Shown: positions 54,601-64,000 of the stretch, one piece after another
Layout of the letters: the number at the start of each line of letters is the position of its first letter
Position numbering within the stretch: position 1 is the first letter of the stretch
From: a virus
Taxonomy: Duplodnaviria; Caudoviricetes
IMG/VR virus record: IMGVR_UViG_3300021387_000299
Location: 32,001 to 96,000 of that record
Direction: 5' to 3' (one strand)
Length of the DNA stretch: 64,000 nucleotides
Notes under the pieces: model-generated
The model's input: the letters and a program-made list of their open reading frames with translations, nothing else
Database searches by the model: none
What the model was told of the DNA's origin: nothing
Program-made: the position numbers and the translations under genes

Positions 54601-55839
54601 ATCATCATGATATCTTTCTTCTGCTTCTCCAACTTTTACACCATTTCTATAAAAGATAATTTCAGTATCAGTTGCCCCTGCCTTTGGATCAAATATCATA
54701 TATGGAATTACAGCGTTTTCATATTGGATAACAGTCTCTGGAACATCGCCAATCCAAATAATTGGAACTTCTTCTCCGCTTCTTGCTCAAGCAGCTTCAT
54801 AACTAATAAATGAAGAAGTTAATTCTACTCCTCCAATTTCTGCACTTAGGCTTAAATCAATTGTATGAGTACCATGAGACTGTTCTGGAATACTAACATA
54901 TGAAGAAGTTCCATTTAAATCATTCGCACTCAATGTTTTTGAAAGAGATTCTACTTCATTGTTATCAATCATAACATGTAAGGTTGCTCTAGATAAACCT
55001 AAACCATAAGGAGCATATTTTAACTGTAAATCTCCAGCAGTTGTAATAGAAATATAGTTATTCGGATTATTTGGATCTACTGGTTTTTCAAGATGCATGT
55101 CAATAAAACGAATATTGCTAAAAATACGAGTAGCAGGAGTTTCTGCCATTGCAGATTCGGCTGTAATTCTTACATACATTCCTGTTCCAACATAATCTAC
55201 ACTACCAAAATCAACCGCAAATTGTTCTCCAATTGGAACTATATTTTTAATAGTAGCAACTGGCTCTTGCTTTAAGTCGGATGATGCAAAAAATTCTACT
55301 GTAACATTTGCTTCATCGTCTTCTGTCGTGGAAGTAATTGTAAAAAGAACATTAAAATGTTGTTTAGAGATGTAAGAATAACTACCAGTAATAGTAGAAG
55401 TATCTGGAATAATAGTTAAAGCAGAAACTTTAGTTCCTCCACCACCACTACCAGAGCCACTAACAGCAAGTAATGATGCTACTATAATTTTTTCAGCTGA
55501 ATTAACTGATTCTACTCTAAAGAATCTACCATCTGAATTAAGAATTAATGCATCTCTTTGAGGTTCAACTGCTGCATTATCTAAAGCGTCCATACTAATA
55601 AAATAAGTTGTATCGCTATCATCTTCAGATTTTTTTCTAATTTGTTCTTCCGTTCCATCCGCATAAACAATACCTGAACCTGTGGCTCCGCCACCGCTCA
55701 TTATATGCTTAGAACCATTTACATCAAGAATAATTTGATTAGTATCATATGCAAAATAAATTTTACCATCATAATAATCTTGTTCCATGATTTGATCATA
55801 AGTCCCACGGATAGGCCAGAACTTAATTTTATCAGCCAT
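48622..55839 (-). CDS. giant (2405 aa, TGA=Trp) protein with LamG-like, CotH-like kinase and leucine-rich-repeat regions
   Basis: Nine track ORFs share one frame separated by TGA; QGTSS..YPRRNFK, T(W)KIDYMESSG, GRYNMNLDK, DSRGKNMM..IWYPIFYDVDT motifs; C-terminal BspA-like LPEGLRVIG/LPSTLARIG. Confidence 0.78.
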
Positions 55840-55909
55840 ATATTTTCTCCTTTCTCTTAATATAAAAAATAGGGAGAAGGAATAACCTTCTCCCCTATGT
55901 TATTATCCT

Positions 55910-55955
55910 TCAGATAACCTAAAGGATAAGAAAGTTTTATTATCCTATTTTGTCC
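55910..55955 (-). promoter_or_regulatory. copy of GGNCARA-TAA-GA motif (putative late promoter)
   Basis: GGACAAAATAGGATAA...TTTAGGTTATCTGA upstream of 55839. Confidence 0.5.
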
Positions 55956-55960
55956 TTAGA

Positions 55961-57709
55961 TTAAAATGATCCTCAAACAAAATTAGCCGTAATTGCAGTT
56001 CCAGATGCGGTTACTGTTAAATTATCAGACCCAAGACTAAATCCTAAAGTGTCACGATTAATTTCAACATTATTCTCATCTTGAAGAACAATAGTTGAAG
56101 CAACTGTTGCAACGTTATTAGATGCAGATACTTCTGTTTTTGTATTTGTAGTATCAATCTTAGAAACAGTATCAACTACCTTAATAGGAGTAATAGTTGT
56201 CCCTGTTACGTGTCCATTATCTGTAGTAATGCCAGTTACAACATTAAATGTTTTCTCGTCATGAACATTCTGAGTATTTTCTGCTGTTGCGCTTGCAGCT
56301 GGAATATTTGCATTACCATTTGTAGAATTAGAAATAGTACCATGCGCAACTGTAACTACTGCTTGGCTACCAGTACTACCTGAATGTGTTGAACTAACAG
56401 AAACTTGATTGCCCGCTTCAATTTCAATAGATGCTAAAGTAGTATTGGTTTTATCTTTAATTTCAATGCCATTTCCAGTATTATTAGCACCTAATCCATA
56501 ATAAACTGTTACTTCATCACCTGCTGGAATTACATCATATTTAATTGCGCTTCCAGTGAATGGTTCTGTTGCTCCATTTGTTTTATTAGCATTAGATACA
56601 ATTAAAATATCACCCGTCTTAACATGAATCACTTCATTAGGATCAGTAGCAGTAGCAGAATTTGCTGCATATAAATCGAAATCTTCAGCTGCTTTAAATG
56701 TATCGCCAACATATACGCCATTAGTTTGATTTATAAGATCGTCACCAACAATTGTGCCTTTGTATACCATGGCATCAACATCACTCATTAAAGTGTCAAC
56801 TTCAGTTTTAGTATAAACCGGTAAATTTGCTACTCCACTAGCAAAAGCAATTTCATCTGCGCTTGCAGTGTGGTTTCCTAAAGTAATTTTAGGATTAATT
56901 GTTCCAGTATTTCCGTTATTTTCGCTATCCTTAACTGTAATATCAAAACCTGATACTGCATTATTACCAGCAGAAACTGAAGAAGGGGTTAAAGTCGTAT
57001 CTTTTGCCGCAATCACAATATTATCTGCTGTTCCAGTAATTGTTACATTATCACCTGCGGAAACTGTAATAGCGCCAACATCAGTTAATGTTCCAGAAGC
57101 ACTACTTTTACTCTGAAGCTTTACTGTTGCTCGATTACTATCTTGAGCAACTGCCGCAGAATGCATTTCATACGCTGTTCCAGTAATAGTAATATCTGTA
57201 CCAGAATTTGAAACATTTACTCCATTCGCACCAGTCATTGTAATAGCTGGAGTTGTAGTATTATCGTTCTGCTTAATGACATTATTATTTTGATCACACA
57301 TTGTCCATGTAATGGTAGCAACCCCATTATTTGTTGCAATGCTAGGAGTAAAATTTTTAATTGCTCTAGAGTCTGGAGCGTTAATTTGTGTCCATTGATT
57401 ATTATATTTGACCGCTAAAATATTGCCATTTGTAACATACGCAAAATCACCATCATTATACTTGGCTGCAAGAGTTGTGCCAGCAGTATCTTCTAATTCA
57501 GAAACATTTGTAACGACCGCAATGTTACTATTAACTGGTAAGGCTTTATTTGAGGCAGTACCAATATACAATCTACTGGTCTCTTTTTGATCATCAATAG
57601 TTAAATAAAAAGTACCTTCTTCAATAGCACCAACACCGTTATTAGCAGTTTTTAATGCATTAAGACCAGCTAACGTACCTTTTTTAAAATTAATTAAATT
57701 GAAAGCCAT
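55961..57709 (-). CDS. tail/fibre structural protein (582 aa), single TGA four codons from the end
   Basis: Track ORF ends at TGA 55973; readthrough gives ...ANFV(W)GSF-TAA. Confidence 0.78.
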
Positions 57710-57727
57710 ATATTATCTCCTTTCTTT

Positions 57728-58606
57728 TTATTCTTCTCCCAATTCATGCCATCTGAGTCTATCATTAATTTCAGTTACACTAGAATTGAGATAAGTAATT
57801 GCAGAACCTACATCTAAGAAGCTTCCTTCTACTGGAGTAAAGGTTCCCATTGTAGTTTCAAGAGAAGAAACTCTATCTTCTAGTCCGTCAACATTTTCAG
57901 TTCCATTTAAAGCATCTTCTAAAGCTGCTACTTTCGTTTGTAGCACTGTGATGTTTGAATTCATTGTCGCAGCATCATTAGGATGATCTTGAATTCAATC
58001 AGCAATTTCCTGCAAAGTATCTAAACTTTCAGATGCATCTTCTGGAATTAATAATTCTGCTACCTGTTCTGCCACAATAGTAGCAACAGATTTATTTGTA
58101 TCTGTGCCTATTAATGTGGCAACCTGAGTTTGGAGTAAAGTAATATCTGCTCTATCCTGTGCCGACATTTCAGCAGTTACTGTTGCCCAACTTCCATCTC
58201 CTCTTAAGAATTTTAGTTGGTCTCCTGCTACTGGAACTGGAACTAGTCCACTAATTCCATCTGTAGAAGCGGTTGCGCCAGTCATTACTGGAACTTGTAG
58301 AGCTTCAGTGACTGGCTTATTTACTCAAGCTCCTTCGCCATTTTCACCTGCAGTAGGATCATAAACGAGTAAATCGCCATCAGCTAAAGTTTCATTGTTG
58401 ACAATGATATCAGCAACATCATTGATACTAATATCGCCACTTGGATTAGAAGAAGATCCAGAAATTAATTTATTTCCAAGATATAGCTTACCAGTTTCAG
58501 CATTTGCACTTTCATATATAAAATATAAAGTATCTTGATCTTTAGTAGCTAAACTGTCATATAAAGCTTGCGTACCACGCATAAACTTTACATAATTAAT
58601 TGCCAT
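57728..58606 (-). CDS. fibre/collar-like structural protein (292 aa, 2 TGA)
   Basis: Three ORFs in frame: GEGA(W)VNK, LDTLQEIAD(W)IQDHP; GLVP.P.AG....FLRGDG.W motif. Confidence 0.78.
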
Positions 58607-58631
58607 ATTTTTATCCCTCCTTTTTCTTTTT

Positions 58632-58678
58632 TCTATACTATTTAAATTTTATATTAAAAAAATTAATAGTTTTTGTCC
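58632..58678 (-). promoter_or_regulatory. copy of GGNCARA-TAA-GA motif (putative late promoter)
   Basis: GGACAAAAACTATTAA...TTTAAATAGTATAGA just after a terminator and before an AGGAGG RBS. Confidence 0.6.
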
Positions 58679-58680
58679 TT

Positions 58681-58722
58681 AAAAATAAAGAAGCAAGAAT
58701 CTTTAATTTTCTTGCTTCTTTA
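58681..58722 (-). terminator. intrinsic terminator
   Basis: AAAGAAGCAAGAA..TTCTTGCTTCTTT + TATTTTT. Confidence 0.7.
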
Positions 58723-61700
58723 TTTGAATTATTGGAGCATTATCTGAATAAATGGTAAATATTTGCTCAGTAGGATCTCAATTAAATGAAATTGAATTTT
58801 CTGTCTCACTATAGGCTAAAGGATGATTATTATGTTTAATAGATGAATTATTTACTTCTAATACATTTATAGGAACTGTAAGATCATATGAAAGTGGAGT
58901 TATAGTATAATTAAATACTCCTGCATTTCCGCTTCCGCCTCCTCCACCTGATCGTTGATATTCAATAGTAATTTTTGCTATCTTGGTATTCTTTAATCAA
59001 GTTCTATTATTATAGGTTGTTTCAAAATCTCCGACCTCTCCATTTCAAAAAATTCTATCAATTATATTATTACTGTTATCATAAAAAGTGAAAATAAAAG
59101 GCATATTTCCGCCATATACATAAGATCCACTAAAAGAAACAATCTCTTCTGCAATATTTGCTTTAATAGACAATCCACTAAACACAGATATATTTGCGCT
59201 ATCTTGTAAATTTGAACCACTATAAATCGTTTGAGGGTTTGTCGGTACCTTTTCTTGCGCAAACGTAAAGCCTTCTCCTCGGATTTCAACATTTTTATTA
59301 TCATAAGCAAGAATTTTTCCAGTTGTATTTTCTTCGTCATCCAAGAACGAAAGCATAGTGTTTAATTGATCTCTAATAGGTACAACATATTTTCTATATT
59401 GTTCTGGTAAATCTAAATTAATTTCATCTCCATCTAAAGACAACTCAATACTATTTTCAGCAGATTTTAATTTAATTGCAGATTCTGAACTTTGAGCAGT
59501 AAGTGTTTGAGTTACCCCATCTTTATCTCTAATATTAACGATTCCATAAGCATAACCCTTATCTTCTAATTGAGCCAATACATCTCTACATTGATTTATC
59601 ATACCTTGAATAGTATTAGAATCTCTAATATATTCATTATCTGACTGCAATATTTGAGATGTTTTTAATATCAATCCATACATTGTATTAAAATCTTCGC
59701 CCAATCCTTTAATTTCTTTAGCTGTCCAGGTTAAATTTCTAGATCCTAAAATACCATTAGTTGGAACGCTCTCTTCATTTCATTCCATTCCATTTGGTCA
59801 CTTTGGTTCGCTATCGCCAATAATATTACCAATACGTTCATAATAAACACCACTATCAGTATATTTAGTAACTTTTTGTTGTCCTGTTGTATCAATATAA
59901 TATGTATTTGGTGCAAATCAACGACATTGTTCTAATGGAATTTCTTGGAAATTTACGTTTAAAATACGAGTTTCGCCAACTAAAGGTCCGCCATTTTCTG
60001 TTAAATTAGCTTCATTAGGATCTGTTAAATGAAGTGCCGGATAATACTTATAATCTCCTTCAACTGTTAGATAATAAGAACCTCCAATAGAGAAGAAGAA
60101 TTTTTTTCTCGCATTAAAATCGACAATTCTGTAATATACTAATGACTCGCTACGATTTCTACCTTGAGAAGTTTTTAACCTTTCTAAATTTTCTAATACA
60201 AAAATTGTTTCTCCACCATAAAAATAAAAGTATTCTCCTTCTACAAAATCTTGCAATGAACTAAATCTAGAGCTTTCTACTCCAGCTAATACTTCTGCGG
60301 TGCCACCAGTAGGATTTCAATACTGATATAGTTTTACTTGCTGCGGTGTTGTTTTAGTTAAATTATTTCTACTTATTTCATCTAAAGTATAATATCCGCC
60401 TTCATCGCACAAATACATCGAAGCGTAATAATAAATTGGTGTCTCTTCTTGTAGATCGCTAAATTCAATTAAAGGTTGATTATAATAAGTTCCATTAGTA
60501 ATTCTTTCAACAATAGTAGTTTTATTACTATTTGTAAAAATTGTTAATATTCCCGAATTTCCTTCTTTAGAATACTCGTATCTATTTGCTGGTACTTCCA
60601 TACGCTTTTTTGCTTGACGAATAGGATCTGTTATATAAGCGCCTACTGTTCCCTGGGTAGGTTCTGCTTCTTTATAAAAAACATATCTACCATTTTCAGA
60701 ATATTCTCACTGAGAATTTCCAGTAATCGCTTTTAATGTAGCTTCCGTTGCCAAACGAGTTAATCCTGTTTGATTATCTTTAACATAATAAACATCTGGA
60801 ATATAAAAAGGTTTATCTATTTGATAATTAGCATAATCTGTTAAATCATAATAAATACCTTTTTTTGCAGAAAGATTATCATTATCTTTAATATAACAAA
60901 CAGTATTTACACCATATTGCTTAGAAGTATCATAATAATAATAAGAATGACCATCTTCTTTTTTATCTTGAGATTGACCAGCTTTTCATATTGGTGCATT
61001 TGTAATAAATCCATATGTTGCACCTTCAATAATGTCACTAGAATCTTTAACTTTTATATAATTGTTATACCCAGTTTTAAAAGCATCAACATAATCTTCA
61101 TCATAAGTTTCTTCATCCAATATTTCTGGATATTCTTCGGCAGTTTTTCTATAAAGATAAGAATATATATTATACTCTCCTTCATCTTCACCAACTATTA
61201 CCGGTATTTTATCAACCAAAAATTGTTTCGTATATTTTCCATTTTGATCAGGCTCTTCATCAATCATATATAATTTTTCATTAGAAAAATCTGAAACTAT
61301 ATCTGTTGGTAAAGTATAAATTTGTCTATAAGCATCAGCATTACTTACTATTGCATTGGTCTCATATTTTGTTCAATTATACTCTTTATTTTTTATATAG
61401 TATTTTCCATCAACAAAATAAATTTTTGCAGGATCTCAATTTTCAACGTTATCTAAAGAATCATATGATCTAATAATCATACCCATTAAATCATGTGCAG
61501 AATTAATAGTTCCAGCCATTGTTTTTAATGCATCATGATCAAGTACCTTATTACCAGCTACTTTTGTATACGCTCTTAATCCTTGAGTTGAGTTTCAGTA
61601 TGTATCAATATTTCTAAATCCTCTATTTTCTGCTTTAGACGCAAAAGCACTAGCCGTTTGATCTGTTAAATCATCAGGATTTTTATAATATAAACGAAGA

Positions 61701-62827
61701 CCATCGGTATTATAATAACGATTTTCTCCATAAATTAAATCTCAAATTTTAGAAATAGTTTCGCCAATAGATGGCAGCATAATACTTAACTCATACATAT
61801 CTGGAGCCATATCGGAAACACCACTTAATAAATCTTTATAAATTTTTCCGGATTTACCAGTAGGAGTAATAGAAATAAAATTCTTTGCTTTTCCATTTTC
61901 ATTAATGGCAGTTTTTTCACTTGTCTTTAACGAATCTAATGCATTAGAAGCACTAATAAATTTATTAAAGCCCTTCTTATTATAATAAATCGCTAAAGGA
62001 GAAGAACTAGAATCTCCTTCCAACGTATCATATCCACCTATTACATCAGAAGGATAATAATTTAAATCTTCTGAATAAGTAGCATTAACCTCTCTGCCAT
62101 TTATATATTTCTGAAGAGTTAAAGGAACTGCTCTTTTTACTCGCATACCCCAATTAGGTTGCATATGCAATCTATAAAAATTAATTGTAGAATCTGCTCC
62201 AAAATAAGGACTGCTTGGAATTACTGTCGGAGCGTCTATCCCTAAAGAAAAAGCAGGACTAAGTGCATTTAACTCGGCAATCATTATATATCTAGCTTTT
62301 CCGCCTTGATATGTTTTTTGCCATACGGTAGAATCTCATCCTCTACCAATATTCGTATATTGTTGTCCATCAACAATTAAATTCTTTTCATATGTAGAAT
62401 AATTTGCTGATACTTCATTACCAGATGTATAACTTATCTCTTGTGATAAAGATGGATAACGATACATTTTAGGAATCGTATATGAGGTATATTCATTATT
62501 ACTATTATACTCTCCAATAACTGTAATAATATCTCCATCTGAAATTGGAACTCCGCCATCTCCAAATGGAATATCTAAAGCCGCCATAATAGTTCCATTA
62601 ATTTTGTATCCAATTCTAACAGTTTTATCTATAACGTCGCCTTCGTGATAATCAACTAAAACATATCTACCATTTAATACTGGTTCAAGTTTTTCTGAGC
62701 CATCTTCTGTAATATAGTAGCCAAGCTCAGCCTCTTGGTCCATTGTTGCTCTATTGGGGAATATTCTATCAAATTGAAAATTTATTTTTTGTAATTTAGA
62801 TAAACTTCCATAAAATCCGTTACTCAT
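58703..62827 (-). CDS. large structural/tail protein (1374 aa, TGA=Trp)
   Basis: MSNGFYG start; six track ORFs share one frame separated by TGA; TAA at 58703. Confidence 0.75.
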
Positions 62828-62828
62828 A

Positions 62829-63164
62829 TTATGCCCCCTCTCCATATAAAATATCTACTATAAGATAATTATTTTGTTCTTTTTCAATTCTACTTAAACT
62901 AGAAGGATCAAAATCTAGTTTTCCAATTCTTAAAGTTCCAGTAGACATTAAATCATAAATTCCACTATTTCCCATAATAATCGGAAATACAGAATCATTT
63001 AAATAAAATTTGACTCCAGGGATTGTTTGCACACCCAACTGCATTATTGGCAAATAATTATAAAAAGCTTCTCCCGTTGATAATGATTCTTTTGTTAATT
63101 CTCTAGGAAAATTACGTTCATCGCCATCACCAAAATATCTCAATTGTATAAGATTTTTAGCCAT
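62829..63164 (-). CDS. hypothetical structural-region protein
   Basis: AAGGAG RBS; LGVQTIPGVKFYLN..I.MG..GIY.L pattern. Confidence 0.7.
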   Translation of the reverse strand: MAKNLIQLRYFGDGDERNFPRELTKESLSTGEAFYNYLPIMQLGVQTIPGVKFYLNDSVFPIIMGNSGIYDLMSTGTLRIGKLDFDPSSLSRIEKEQNNYLIVDILYGEGA

Positions 63165-63178
63165 ATCTCCTTTCCCTC

Positions 63179-64000
63179 CTAATATATACGTTTTGTTGTC
63201 TGAATAGCACTAATATTCATTTGAGAATTAAGACCTAGCTGTATTGAAAATTTTTGTAAAATATATTCTCCAACCGCGCCAGTCTTCTTATCGTTCAAAT
63301 ATATTAATGTATTTGGAGATAAATAATATATTGGAATAGAATTAAAGGAAATAGTATTAATTGGATAAGCATATTGATATAAATAATCTTCAATTACATC
63401 CATAGCATTTTTTCCTCTTGTACTTAAAGTAAATATTCCTTTATAAATATTTGGAATTTTTATATAAGAATATCCTGGTTTTAACCATTTCTTTTGTACA
63501 TCTTCATCCCCAAAATCAAAAATAACATTCGGCGTTTCTCTAAAATAAATAGATTTTATTGCTGTATCATTTGCGGCTTTTGTCCTTTGACCTATAATAT
63601 TAACCCCATATTTATTAATATTATTACCATCGCCCGCATCCAAAAAATCAAATCAAAAATTTAAAAGTTCTGGATTATTTAAAATATTTATATTTCATCC
63701 ATCGCTATTAAAAGTGAAATTTCCATCAGATTTAAGCCATCTCTTAGGATCTTTTGTAGGCTCTGACTTATTGTTATTAGCTAAAGATAAATATACATTA
63801 GTTTCATCTTTATCAGATTTATATTGAACATAATCGCCTTTTTTATAACCTTCAGTATTATCTTCATCTCAAAAAGAATAACTATCATCTTTTATAAAAG
63901 CTGTTTTTCCACCTTCTTGAATAGTATATCTTCCAGTAGAAAATTCACCAGCATCGTTAATAGCATCTGGATTATATAACTCTCTCCAATATGCGACAAC
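63179..64000 (-). CDS. minor tail/baseplate hub-like protein, C-terminal part (TGA=Trp; start outside window)
   Basis: Frame open to the window edge if TGA=W (e.g. NF(W)FDFLD); ends PIYYL.PN..I...D...G..GEY....FSI.L..MNISA-TAG. Confidence 0.65.

Noticed and set aside
32570-61273. + strand ORFs in the late arm (e.g. 33499-33810, 35785-36126, 38028-38384, 60917-61273) and off-frame - strand ORFs (e.g. 34873-35145, 52419-52631, 59062-59340)
   Set aside because: They lie antisense or out of frame to the code-4 genes that already cover these regions
30769-64000. Decayed prophage pseudogenes or sequencing errors
   Set aside because: Interruptions are in-frame TGA at Trp-type positions with no frameshifts; fused genes have proper RBS, starts and TAA/TAG stops
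1-64000. Mycoplasma-type (native code 4) chromosome, or phage of a native code-4 host
   Set aside because: Phage gene order, a peptidoglycan CHAP endolysin, and absence of TGA-Trp from the long replication genes argue for a standard-code walled host; not formally excluded without host data
1-64000. CRISPR array
   Set aside because: No regularly spaced identical repeats with unique spacers seen

Overview
64 kb of a large, AT-rich tailed phage genome, probably infecting a walled Gram-positive (Firmicutes-type) host. The + strand arm (1-25959) carries a bacterium-like replication and nucleotide module: NAD ligase, ThyX-like protein, SSB-like protein, AAA_24 ATPase, DnaB, primase, PARG-like macrodomain, RecJ, RecD-like helicase, DnaE, guanylate kinase-like protein, NrdDG, dUTPase and RuvC. 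It is driven by near-consensus sigma70/sigA promoters. The - strand arm (25989-64000) carries lysis genes, a small spore-coat-like cluster and tail/baseplate genes. The main feature is stop-codon recoding. The - strand ORFs look fragmented only because in-frame TGA sits at Trp positions; read as TGA=Trp (code 4) they fuse into genes of up to 2405 aa. The core replication genes use only TGG and end in TAA/TAG, so they read the same in both codes. The phage encodes a UCA-anticodon tRNA on a tRNA-Trp scaffold (26412-26506, -). Its unusual 25-nt variable region folds into a second 5-bp/7-nt anticodon-like arm carrying the canonical Trp anticodon CCA. TGA also gates three genes in the early arm (a membrane-anchored GIY-YIG nuclease at codon 3, RuvC, and a small paralog) and the holin, but not the endolysin. 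A six-copy GGNCARA..TAA..GA motif is a candidate phage-specific late promoter, and a sigA-driven leader with ATG-GAT-TGA may be a recoding-sensing attenuator. All functional calls are from motif recognition by eye; no searches were run.
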